IMG/VR virus record: IMGVR_UViG_3300042340_000379
Span: 1 to 64,000 of that record
Length of the DNA stretch: 64,000 nucleotides
Direction: 5' to 3' (one strand)
Positions 8,885-17,496 of this stretch are shown here, one piece after another. Below the pieces are notes generated by a model. That model was not told the origin of the DNA, did not search any database, and was given only the letters and a program-made list of their open reading frames with translations. Within the stretch, counting starts at the first letter, position 1; the number at the start of each line of letters is the position of its first letter. A program made the position numbers and the translations under genes.

Positions 8885-8959
8885 GGGGCGGAAGCTCAGC
8901 CTGGTAGAGCAGTCGGCTTTTAACCGATTGGACGTAGGGTTCAAATCCCACCCGCCCCA
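8885..8959 (+). tRNA. tRNA-Lys(TTT), slightly atypical (A at position 8, bulged A in T stem, no encoded CCA)
   Basis: GGGGCGG/CCGCCCC+A acceptor, GTCGG-CTTTTAA-CCGAT anticodon arm, GGG-TTCAAAT-CCC T loop. Confidence 0.85.
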
Positions 8960-8962
8960 CTT

Positions 8963-9045
8963 GCCGGACTAGAAACCTCTTCCTTCAAAAACCAACCGCC
9001 CCCTCGGGGGCACCATAGAAGAAAACAGAGGTTTCACTTCCCGGC
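8963..9045 (+). ncRNA. Y-RNA-like repeat unit 3
   Basis: GCCGG-ACTA-GAAACCTC-TTCCTTCA...ACA-GAGGTTTC-ACTTC-CCGGC. Confidence 0.8.
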
Positions 9046-9175
9046 CTACACACGCAGTTAGTGACTGCAACCAAACAGAAAAACAATTGCTCTAAAAGAG
9101 AGGTAAGGATATGTAGCGAGCGTCAAGACTTTGGTCTATAAATAACACAAACTTGAAATTCTTTACCTAAAAATC

Positions 9176-9237
9176 GCCGGACTAGAGCCAACTTCCTTCA
9201 ATAACTTTGGATGTAAATAGTTGGCTCACTTCCCGGC
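9176..9237 (+). ncRNA. Y-RNA-like repeat unit 4
   Basis: GCCGG-ACTA-GAGCCAAC-TTCCTTCA...ATA-GTTGGCTC-ACTTC-CCGGC; ends 21 nt before the start codon of the 739-aa gene. Confidence 0.8.
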
Positions 9238-9258
9238 CCCTTCTCCCTAAAGGAAGCT

Positions 9259-11478
9259 ATGAAAACTGAGATCTTGTTCAATCGTCTCAAGGCAATTTCC
9301 GTTTCTACAAGCGGATTAGCCGAAACAACAAAGCTACACAAACTTATTAAACTCAACTACCTCTCAGAATTTGCCCAGCTAGGTTTCTTCTTTGAGAACG
9401 ATCATCTATTCAATGACTCTGCTCTCGAGAACTTCTCTGAAGTCATCGCCCTGGCCACCAAAATGCGCGGCGGGGATATAGAGTACGCTCCCCTCTTTTC
9501 TGGATTCCCTAATCAGGTGCCAGATCAAGATGTTTATATGCTTCAGAGATTGCTCTCAGTTTTGATGGCAATTCCTGTCTTAGACCCTGAGACTCATGGA
9601 CGAGTTTACTGTGTTCCCAATCTATTCGACCCCTCAGTGTTTGGCGCTGACCCCGTCTTTCAGATGCAGAACAAGGAACTATTTGACAACGCCGTTGCTG
9701 AGCAAAAGGCTCGGGGTCTTGATTCTGTCCATAAATGGGTAGAGCTAGAGTTTATTCCTGAGAATCTTGTTGATGAAATTCTGCAAAACTGGGTCTACAG
9801 CTGCATCTACGCAAAATCCTCTATTCAAGAGAATTGGCAGGCTGACATTGCCTGGCTGTTAGCTTACTTCCCCACTATTGGGAAGCCCATGCAATTCGAC
9901 AATTCTCGGATTGTTCACCGCGAAAACAAAACCTTTCTCACCAAGCACTTTTGGGAGAATTGCCTTTACTCTCAAGCAATTCATCTAATGAGTTCAGCTA
10001 CTGACTGCTTGCGCTTGTTTGCGGCCTTAACCGGCAGCGACATTTCCCTAGCAGAGAAGATTAAATTCCCCAAGCTCAGCAGGGCCCAACGGAAAATCAT
10101 CCTATCTGTTCTAGAACGCAAGGAAGCCCAGACGATCGCGGAAGAGCTGAATATCTACAAAGATCTCTGGCTCGAACTCGGGCGGTATATTCACCCTACC
10201 GAGTATCGTCGTCAATACCCCAAAACGGCTGAGGCGTTTAATCTACTTCGGAATGGAAAAGTCGAAACGTTTAATGGGAAAGTGCAAAGCCTTCTAAAGA
10301 ATGGTCATTATCTTTTAGCCTCAGCCTTGCTGGCAAAGAAGCCTGGCCTATTCGCTCGACATATCGTTGACCTGATGCGTAAAGCAACAGAAGAAGAAGG
10401 CCAATTGATCGCTGGTCTTTTTGGAACCGTAGCTGACCAGGTGCCCGTCAAGACGCTGATGACTATTCACTCTTACGTGATGGGTCTAAAAGCAAGCGAA
10501 AAAACAGCGGTCATTATTAAGAATGGCAAAATTCAGGTTCTTGACCGACCTTCAGTTCTTCCGTTCTCAAAAAGGGATAATTTGATGGAGGCCCTTGACA
10601 AAGGCCTAACCCAGCTATCTGACAAAGAAACCTGGGAAGATAAATCCATCTATTTTGACGAACGCCTACGCAAATATGTACTGCCACTTTCTGAAAGGAA
10701 ATTGTCAGATAGCATGTTGCCAATGGCTCGTGGCACTAGGGTTAAAGTCAAAGGCCCAGTTGTACGCTTGTTCGCGTACTGGAAAGAAGAAGGTGAAAGA
10801 ACTGACCTTGACCTTTCCATTCTCATGTTGGATGACAAATTCAACGCTCTGAGCCATGTGTCCTACACAAATCTGAGAGAAGGCAAAGTTGTTCACTCAG
10901 GTGATGTCCAATCCGCGCCTTATGGTGCTGTCGAGTTCATTGACATCCCTCTAAGCTACGACTGCAGCAAACTTCTCCCTTCTTATGTCAAGAAAGAGAG
11001 CAAAGTACGCTACGTCGCAGTTGAAATCCACCGATACGCAGGGCATAAGTTTAGTGAAATGCCTCAAGCATTCACTGGCTGGATGGAGCGCGAGGAAGTT
11101 AACAACGACCGCGCCAGCTTCGACCCCAAAACTGTAGCTAACAAGTTACAGCTCACGGGTGGTGCTCAATACAGCATTCCAATCATTTTCGACCTTCTAA
11201 CCCAAGAAATGATTTACACCGATCTCTACGTGAGCGGGAATAAAGCAGGGTTTAACCGGGTTGAGGATGCAGCGGATAATGTCTGTCTGATCGCTGAACA
11301 GATAGCTAGATTTGTGGAAGTCAAGCCCACGTTCTATGATTTGTTATCCATCAATATCACCCATCGAGGTGGTACTTTGGTTGATGACATAGAGGACGCG
11401 GATATTGTGTTCGGCGTTAGTCCTAGTGCTGACTACGGGCCTTTTCAAGTTGGACGGGTTCTTAGCGAGCTGCTATAA
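9259..11478 (+). CDS. Helical-repeat (putative Ro60/TROVE-like) + C-terminal TerD-like domain protein (MXAN_6230/SCO0854-type)
   Basis: AAGGAAG RBS; N-terminal PLFSGFP..VP and FGADP; ATDCLR, HP.EY and KPGLFAR helical region; TerD-like DLDLS...HSGDVQSAP..A.EFID. Confidence 0.7.
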   Translation: MKTEILFNRLKAISVSTSGLAETTKLHKLIKLNYLSEFAQLGFFFENDHLFNDSALENFSEVIALATKMRGGDIEYAPLFSGFPNQVPDQDVYMLQRLLSVLMAIPVLDPETHGRVYCVPNLFDPSVFGADPVFQMQNKELFDNAVAEQKARGLDSVHKWVELEFIPENLVDEILQNWVYSCIYAKSSIQENWQADIAWLLAYFPTIGKPMQFDNSRIVHRENKTFLTKHFWENCLYSQAIHLMSSATDCLRLFAALTGSDISLAEKIKFPKLSRAQRKIILSVLERKEAQTIAEELNIYKDLWLELGRYIHPTEYRRQYPKTAEAFNLLRNGKVETFNGKVQSLLKNGHYLLASALLAKKPGLFARHIVDLMRKATEEEGQLIAGLFGTVADQVPVKTLMTIHSYVMGLKASEKTAVIIKNGKIQVLDRPSVLPFSKRDNLMEALDKGLTQLSDKETWEDKSIYFDERLRKYVLPLSERKLSDSMLPMARGTRVKVKGPVVRLFAYWKEEGERTDLDLSILMLDDKFNALSHVSYTNLREGKVVHSGDVQSAPYGAVEFIDIPLSYDCSKLLPSYVKKESKVRYVAVEIHRYAGHKFSEMPQAFTGWMEREEVNNDRASFDPKTVANKLQLTGGAQYSIPIIFDLLTQEMIYTDLYVSGNKAGFNRVEDAADNVCLIAEQIARFVEVKPTFYDLLSINITHRGGTLVDDIEDADIVFGVSPSADYGPFQVGRVLSELL

Positions 11479-11515
11479 TTAGGCAGTCATTGTAGACTCC
11501 TTGATTTGGTAGTTT

Positions 11516-11551
11516 AGGGCTGGCTGCATAAGCTGGCCCTCTTTATTTTTT
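11516..11551 (+). terminator. intrinsic terminator
   Basis: AGGGCTGGCT...AGCTGGCCCT hairpin followed by a T-rich tract. Confidence 0.65.
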
Positions 11552-11562
11552 AGGAGATAGGA

Positions 11563-11799
11563 ATGGTTGTATTACTTATGAGCTTTAATATGCATAAAGT
11601 AACAAAGCTATTCGTCAGGAACAAGAAGACAGGAGAGTTTTAAGACATCAGCTATTGATATGAGTGGGGAAAAGAAAACATCAGATTAAGGTGGCATCTC
11701 CTAAACCATGCCTCTCTAGAGACTCAAGTTGAGGGTGTCATGTCCGAGAACCAAAAACGGGCAACCCAAATCGCGCAGTTAACTCAAATCTTTCAGTAG
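11563..11799 (+). pseudogene. small gene with two in-frame stops
   Basis: AGGAGA RBS; the frame stays protein-like through a TAA and a TGA to the terminal TAG at 11797-11799. Confidence 0.45.
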
Positions 11800-11819
11800 T
11801 TTACCAAAGGATAATCATT

Positions 11820-13975
11820 ATGCTTACCGCAGAATTCCGCCCTGGCACATTGGTTATCCTTTCTGGGGCCCCTGGTTCTGGTAAAAGCAGCCTAGCCGCT
11901 CAATACCCAGAGCATGTTGTTAGTTCAGACAATTTGCGAGCTACCTTCTTTGGCTATCAAAATGAGCTGATTGAAGAGCGCCCCACGTTCTATCTCTACG
12001 GAGTTGATTCGAGGGCATCTGAACGACCCAGAAATCTTGACGATGGATTTATCTTTGAAACCCTAGAAAAGATTGTCGATGTCCGTATGAAAAACGGGAT
12101 GACGACAATTGTAGATGCCACCAGCCCAACTGACACCGATCGCCACAAGTTCGCGAAGATTGCAGAAAAGTACGGTCGGCCCGTACTAATTTGCATCATG
12201 GATGTACCTAAGGAAACTCTCTACAAACGAAACGCCAGTAGAAAGTTCCCGGTTAGCAATAGCGTAGTTGATCGATTTGTAGACAAACTAGAGCTGACCA
12301 GCCATTGGCCCTACATCTTAAATCCTGAGTTACTAAACGTTAACTACTGGACAATCCAAGCTGATCAGCCCCTAGACATTATTGGGGATATTCATGGCTG
12401 CGTTGAGGTCATTAACTTAGTAGAACGGTTAGGTTATATGCATGGAGTTCACCCACAAGGGCGCAAACTTCTCTTCCTAGGAGATATGGTGGATCGCGGC
12501 CCCCATTCCTTAAAAGTTCTTGAGTTTGTTATGGGTTTAGTGAGCCAAGGACACTACTGTGTTCTTGCCAACCATGAAGCCAATCTGCTTAAAGGTCTAA
12601 AAGGTGAAGAAGTACGATCGCACGCAACCCGCCGCACTCTCCATGAAGTTCTGTTATCTGGTAAACAAAAAGAGATCCAAAAGTTTATCGAAGAGCGCCC
12701 CCCGTTCTATCTTTATGGAGTAGACACGTTAATCTGCCATGCAGACACAACAAGCTTCTTCTACAAATCTACACTCAAAGAAGCCGTTTATGGCACTTCT
12801 ACCCTAAGTCGAGCAGTAGATAGCGATGCAATATTCGCCGCGCATTACCCTAACCGCAGGTTAATTCGAGGTCATATTGCTGCAACTAGCCCTCAGCACA
12901 ACGTTTTTGCGCTAGAAGAAGGAGCAGGATATAGCGCGGGCTTTATAGTAGCCTGTCGAGCAAGCATTGGCGGAAACTCTCTAGAGTTCTTCCGCGAGCC
13001 CACCACGTTTGTGTACAAAGATCTTCCAAAGACTTTTGAGCAACGGATGGAGCCTCTAGTCAAGACTAAATTGGTAAATGTGGATAAGTGCGGCCCGCTC
13101 AAACTGTTTAAGTACAGCAGCAAGGCATTTTACAATCCTGAAACGTTTGCTGAAAATCCTGACTTAGGCCTCGCTCGAACTGTAGTAACAGGTTTAGATG
13201 GAGAGCCCATCGGGAGTACCTTTCCTAAAATCTACAACTATGGAGAAAAAGAAGCGCCTGAAATTGACCTTAACGAAGAAATCATCTGGGTTGAAAAGCT
13301 CAATGGATTCTTCGCGCAGGTTTTTCTTGACCCTTACTCTGTAAAGCCTAAGCTTATATACACCTCTTCAGGAAAGTTTACTGGAGAGTTTGCTGAAATG
13401 GCTCGCCAGAATATCCAGCAGTATTCTGGCGCTATTATTCGACTCTTCAAAACTTCAGACGTTAAAAACCTAATGTTTGAAATTGTTGACGCCAGAGACC
13501 CCCATATTGTGGATTACTCAGAAGAAGAGTATGGTGCCTATCTAATTGGAGCCGGATATAAAATGGGCTAGCTAGTGAGCATGTTCTAGACTACATGTCT
13601 CTTTCACTTGATGAGCTGCGCCGTCCATACCGCGGTCGCGCCACGTATAGGGAGGTACTAGAGAAAACAAAAGCATGTGATCGTGAAGGGTACATGGTTC
13701 GCAGTTTAACTGGAGAGCATCTCGTTAAACTGAAGTCTCCTACCTACCTAGCGATTAAATTCATCTCACGCATGAGCAATGAGAGCGACACCGTGATGTT
13801 CCGCAATCCAACTGTCACCAAGCAGAAGATTCGCGCTCGGGGGCTAGAAGAGCTACAATTCGTTGTAGATATAATAGTTGAACAGCTTACTGAGGAAGCA
13901 TGGAAAGCCATGAACTCAATCGAGCGGCGAGACTACCTTATTCCCCTAGTTAAGAGTGAGTATGCTTATGCTTGA
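11820..13975 (+). CDS. Polynucleotide kinase - metallophosphatase - RNA ligase (Pnkp/Rnl1-like RNA repair enzyme), with a frameshift at about 13560
   Basis: GAPGSGKS, VVSSD..R and IVDAT kinase motifs; IGDIHG, GDMVDRG and ANHE phosphatase motifs; ligase motif I EKLNG, FEIV, then REGYMV and VKLKS in the second frame (13595..13975). Confidence 0.85.
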
Positions 13976-14330
13976 TGTTACGCCAACTCATATCGGCGGC
14001 TATCAAATTACCTCTAATGTAAACCTAGCCGCTGGTACTGTAACTCTCTCTGTTGTTTTTAGAACGCCAAGTCGGAATCCGCCTGCCGGAAAGCGATTTG
14101 TTTACGAATCGGAGGTGTCTTTCTCTGCCACAGCTGCAACTCCAACAGAAGCGGTGGCAGTTCTAAAGAAAAAGATGGAGACTCATCTTAGTAAGCTAAC
14201 CAAAGCAGGAGTACCCTGGCCCAGCCGTAACGCGGGCCAGTACCTTCAACTTGCAAACTTTAAACCTCTTCCCATAAGTCTGGAGCAATCAGAGCAGCAA
14301 CCAGGGCCGCAGCGTATTTACGCTAATTAG
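13962..14330 (+). CDS. hypothetical protein
   Basis: Overlaps the ligase stop; start codon uncertain. Confidence 0.55.
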   Translation: MLMLDVTPTHIGGYQITSNVNLAAGTVTLSVVFRTPSRNPPAGKRFVYESEVSFSATAATPTEAVAVLKKKMETHLSKLTKAGVPWPSRNAGQYLQLANFKPLPISLEQSEQQPGPQRIYAN

Positions 14331-14384
14331 GCTCGTTGTTTTTGGGATTGTATCAAGCAAGGCAACTGTCAAGGATTCCTTGAC

Positions 14385-14569
14385 TAATAAGCTATAATAT
14401 CGAAAAGTCTGGGCAGGAGCTTGCCCAAGACTCTAAATGGACGGGGAGGGTATGTAAGACTGGCTTGCCAGCAATGCCCGTTGAACCGTCAAGCCAGCCG
14501 TACAACGACCAACCTGGGTTGGTCGCTTAGCCGGAGAATCCTCTTCCTTTAGGTAGGGGAGCATGTCAA
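14385..14569 (+). mobile_element. Non-autonomous IS200/IS605 derivative: TnpB-type omega-RNA cassette with no ORF (copy 1)
   Basis: Ends in the IS605-type right end GAATCC..CCTTTAGGTAGGGGAG.ATGTCAA; carries a tnpB-3'-like scaffold (GGGCAGGAGCTTGCCC...AAATGGACG...TGTAAGAC...TTGAACCGTCAA); near-identical inverted copy at 28070-28254. Confidence 0.8.
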
Positions 14570-14629
14570 ATCTATTTTGCATCGCTATAGCATAAAATAG
14601 GAGAAACAACCCCTCCCTAAGAAAGAAAA

Positions 14630-15211
14630 ATGGTAGTATACAGCGCTAACGTTGAAAAGGTTTACGCTCCTTTTCAAGAAAATACCCAAGCAACCATTCC
14701 AGAAATTGTGGCTGCGGGGCCTATCACCCAAGCTAGATTGGGTGTAGATGCTCATGGGCATCCTGTTGAGACAGAAGTTGTCAATGAATTTCAACTTCCT
14801 AAGCTAAAAAAGATCCATGGGCAAGTTGCCGCCGCATTAGCCATGTGCGCATTCGGTGTTATAGCAGCACAGGTCGTAACAAAATACAGCAAACCGACCA
14901 GTATGTCTATACCGTCTACACTACAAGCGGAGTGTCCTGGTGGGTTGACACAAGGAAATCCCCTACCACCAGAAAAGCTATCAGCGGTCTCTTCTTATCT
15001 AAAAAGAGCGGCGGCTGACTTAAAATCAGAGCTTGGAAATCCTCTCTGTCAAACACCCCCAGTTGCGACCTCACAAGGGCAGGACGAAAGAGTGTTAGTT
15101 TATCAAACGGAAGTGGAAGGGCAGTTTGCATTATTTAACGTTGTAGGTTTTGGCCCAGCAGACTCTAAGAGGTATGTTGTAAATGCTGCAAACGTGGTAC
15201 AGATCCCATAA
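14630..15211 (+). CDS. hypothetical membrane-anchored protein
   Basis: Central TM segment. Confidence 0.65.
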   Translation: MVVYSANVEKVYAPFQENTQATIPEIVAAGPITQARLGVDAHGHPVETEVVNEFQLPKLKKIHGQVAAALAMCAFGVIAAQVVTKYSKPTSMSIPSTLQAECPGGLTQGNPLPPEKLSAVSSYLKRAAADLKSELGNPLCQTPPVATSQGQDERVLVYQTEVEGQFALFNVVGFGPADSKRYVVNAANVVQIP

Positions 15212-15551
15212 GCTCCTATTTTGGACTCCAATTGTAGGCATTATTTGTTTTTACATTGGCTACAATTGGATGGCAGCAGATTTAAGAGCCCGACTGTCAG
15301 AGTCCCATCTTCCTCCCAAAAAAGGGTCTCCAGTCAGAGAGGGGCCGTGTCGAGATCTTCTAAACAGGATGATACTCGAAAAAAGTCTTCCATTGGAGCT
15401 TGAAGCTCAAATTCATAACGCCCTAATATATAACAGCGTTGTTAAAGTTGAGGAAAAAGATAAAAAATGGGCCGAGCTGGCTATAGGTCAACTTCTAAAT
15501 GATGCACGAGCGGCACTAGAATGTGAGTACTCACAGCACATGCTAAAGTAA
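15183..15551 (+). CDS. hypothetical membrane protein
   Basis: N-terminal TM helix. Confidence 0.6.
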   Translation: MLQTWYRSHKLLFWTPIVGIICFYIGYNWMAADLRARLSESHLPPKKGSPVREGPCRDLLNRMILEKSLPLELEAQIHNALIYNSVVKVEEKDKKWAELAIGQLLNDARAALECEYSQHMLK

Positions 15552-15574
15552 GTTTAGCCTTTACTATTCGCGCT

Positions 15575-16087
15575 ATGTCTATATCTGATGCTACTCGCTT
15601 TTTAACAACCAATTTCCCTCTAAATTGGCAGAAAAAGGAAATTCTTTCTGAGGACGACGACTTAGCAGCGGTGTACCTATCTTGGATGGACGACTTTACA
15701 CCAGTCACAATCGAGTTTATCCTAGACTTAATACAAGGCTGCGTAAACTGTAAAGTAGACCTGTCAATTGGAGCAGAGCAGTTAAGCCAAATTGGTACGC
15801 CAGAAAGCTGTGTAGCATTCTGCAAAGACCAAATGCAGCAAGTTGCAAACCGGATGCTTCAAATCGCAGAGCCGTCCGTTTTGTTTCTTGACCGCAAAGT
15901 TGAATATAAAGATCTTCAGCCGCTTGAAACAAACGGCGAGGTCACTTTCCTTATTTCGCCAGACTACGACACAGTTGAGTTTGACCTGCTCAAAATCTGT
16001 AATCAGTATGTGGAAGGGGCCGTTCCAGTTAGGTTAAAACCCTGGAACAAACCTAAGTTAATGATGACTGTTCGCGCTCAAGATTAA
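15575..16087 (+). CDS. hypothetical protein
   Basis: 170-aa ORF. Confidence 0.65.
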   Translation: MSISDATRFLTTNFPLNWQKKEILSEDDDLAAVYLSWMDDFTPVTIEFILDLIQGCVNCKVDLSIGAEQLSQIGTPESCVAFCKDQMQQVANRMLQIAEPSVLFLDRKVEYKDLQPLETNGEVTFLISPDYDTVEFDLLKICNQYVEGAVPVRLKPWNKPKLMMTVRAQD

Positions 16088-16088
16088 G

Positions 16089-16103
16089 CTTGTACTGTAC
16101 AAA
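16089..16103. promoter_or_regulatory. palindromic site TTGTAYNRTACAA
   Basis: CTTGTACTGTACAAA, intergenic. Confidence 0.55.
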
Positions 16104-16190
16104 AATGTTACGTTGAAAATCCCCGATCTAATGTGCGCACATTAGACAGCAGCTAAGCAAGCTAAGATAAACAAAAACTTGTTTTGCTAA

Positions 16191-16757
16191 ATGCGCTTCT
16201 CCCTAGTAAAAAACGGCACAAATGTCTCTGAGAGTGATTCTCTCAGAGACATTTGTGCAAAGTTTAACCTTGTAATGAACCAGCTAGTCTTTCCTGATGT
16301 GGTCGAGATTGTATCTGGCACCTCAGTACTCGCAACAGTTAAGCCTAGCTCTCTGGTTTATGACAATAATGTTTTTCAACCTGAGGTAAGTCATTGGTTT
16401 AAAATTAACCCAACAGACAAGGAAAAAGACGCTTACTTTAAATGCCAAGAGGCAATCAGCATCTACTCAGATAGATGTATGAAACTCCTGCCAAAACCGT
16501 CAATCGTAAGCGGAGACATTAAAGTATGGTTGGAGATGGCAAGGCGGGTGCTAGAAAATGAACTTCCGATAGGAAATCCATATAGTACTAAAGCAGTTGC
16601 AACTCTTTCGGTATACCATCTTTACACTAAACCTCCCCAGCAGCGAGAGATAGTTAAAATTTTGACTCAGCTACGGCTAGCCTTGCTTTACTGCCATATT
16701 TCTATTTTTAGCAGTGCGGGGCCAGATACGGTTTATTATCTCAAGCCCTCCCGCTAG
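16191..16757 (+). CDS. hypothetical protein
   Basis: 188-aa ORF. Confidence 0.65.
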   Translation: MRFSLVKNGTNVSESDSLRDICAKFNLVMNQLVFPDVVEIVSGTSVLATVKPSSLVYDNNVFQPEVSHWFKINPTDKEKDAYFKCQEAISIYSDRCMKLLPKPSIVSGDIKVWLEMARRVLENELPIGNPYSTKAVATLSVYHLYTKPPQQREIVKILTQLRLALLYCHISIFSSAGPDTVYYLKPSR

Positions 16758-16920
16758 CCGCCAAGCGCGGCAGCAAGATACAAGCTTTCATCCCCCACCT
16801 AAGCAAAAAATGCAAAATATCACGGTACCGTGATACCCATGATTCTATCATTGAGATTAAAATGGAGACAAGCTGAATGACTTGGGGTTGTTTTGCTTTT
16901 GATCTCATGGGTAATGGGCA

Positions 16921-16955
16921 AAGGCGCTTATCAAAAGGTAAGCGCCTTATTTTTT
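16921..16955 (+). terminator. intrinsic terminator
   Basis: AAGGCGCTTA...TAAGCGCCTT plus T tract. Confidence 0.65.
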
Positions 16956-17084
16956 AAGCTGTTGTTCAAATTGCACACTTTGTAGCTATAATAAAAATAG
17001 TTGACGGGGGTTAACTTGGTTTGCGGGGTGTGTCATAGAAGCACCCCAGCAAATCTCTAATATTGACTACAGATAGAACAGTCA

Positions 17085-17122
17085 AAAGCGCCAGGATGAA
17101 ATAAACTTCTGGCGCTTTTTCT
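17085..17122. terminator. hairpin, possibly bidirectional terminator
   Basis: AAAAGCGCCAG...CTGGCGCTTTT. Confidence 0.55.
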
Positions 17123-17476
17123 ATGAAACCTAATATTTACCCTCTTGGTAATCACTCTTTCCAGCTATTCTGGCCAGAGCTGATTATGACCATTACATTC
17201 AAGTATCTAATTAACCAGCACAAAATAGAAAGTCCATTTGTAATTCAGCACTACCAAGGAAAACCTGTAGGTCAGCGCTATTTTGGATACTATGACGGCA
17301 CTCAGTATATTTCAGCAGAAGCGGGTGAAGTTACTCATGAAACACTCTGCCAAACCATCGCAATTACGGACAGTGACATAATTAGACCATGCGCGGTAAA
17401 CTTGTTTCAGAACTCTATTTTGAAACAAATTGATCATGGTTCGTATATCGTCGTCAAAGCAACACCAATACCCTAA
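17123..17476 (+). CDS. hypothetical protein
   Basis: 117-aa ORF. Confidence 0.55.
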   Translation: MKPNIYPLGNHSFQLFWPELIMTITFKYLINQHKIESPFVIQHYQGKPVGQRYFGYYDGTQYISAEAGEVTHETLCQTIAITDSDIIRPCAVNLFQNSILKQIDHGSYIVVKATPIP

Positions 17477-17496
17477 TCTAAAAAGGATTGTCCCAA

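Noticed and set aside
6624-9237. Repeat units as a CRISPR array
   Set aside because: Units are dispersed, conserved in structure rather than sequence, lack regular spacer periodicity, and there are no cas genes
10648-10657. Target of the omega-RNA copy 1 guide
   Set aside because: Only a 10-nt AT-rich match, compatible with chance
11970-12724. Duplicated segment as a DGR template/variable repeat pair
   Set aside because: Only about 38 nt, differences not adenine-specific, and no reverse transcriptase in the window
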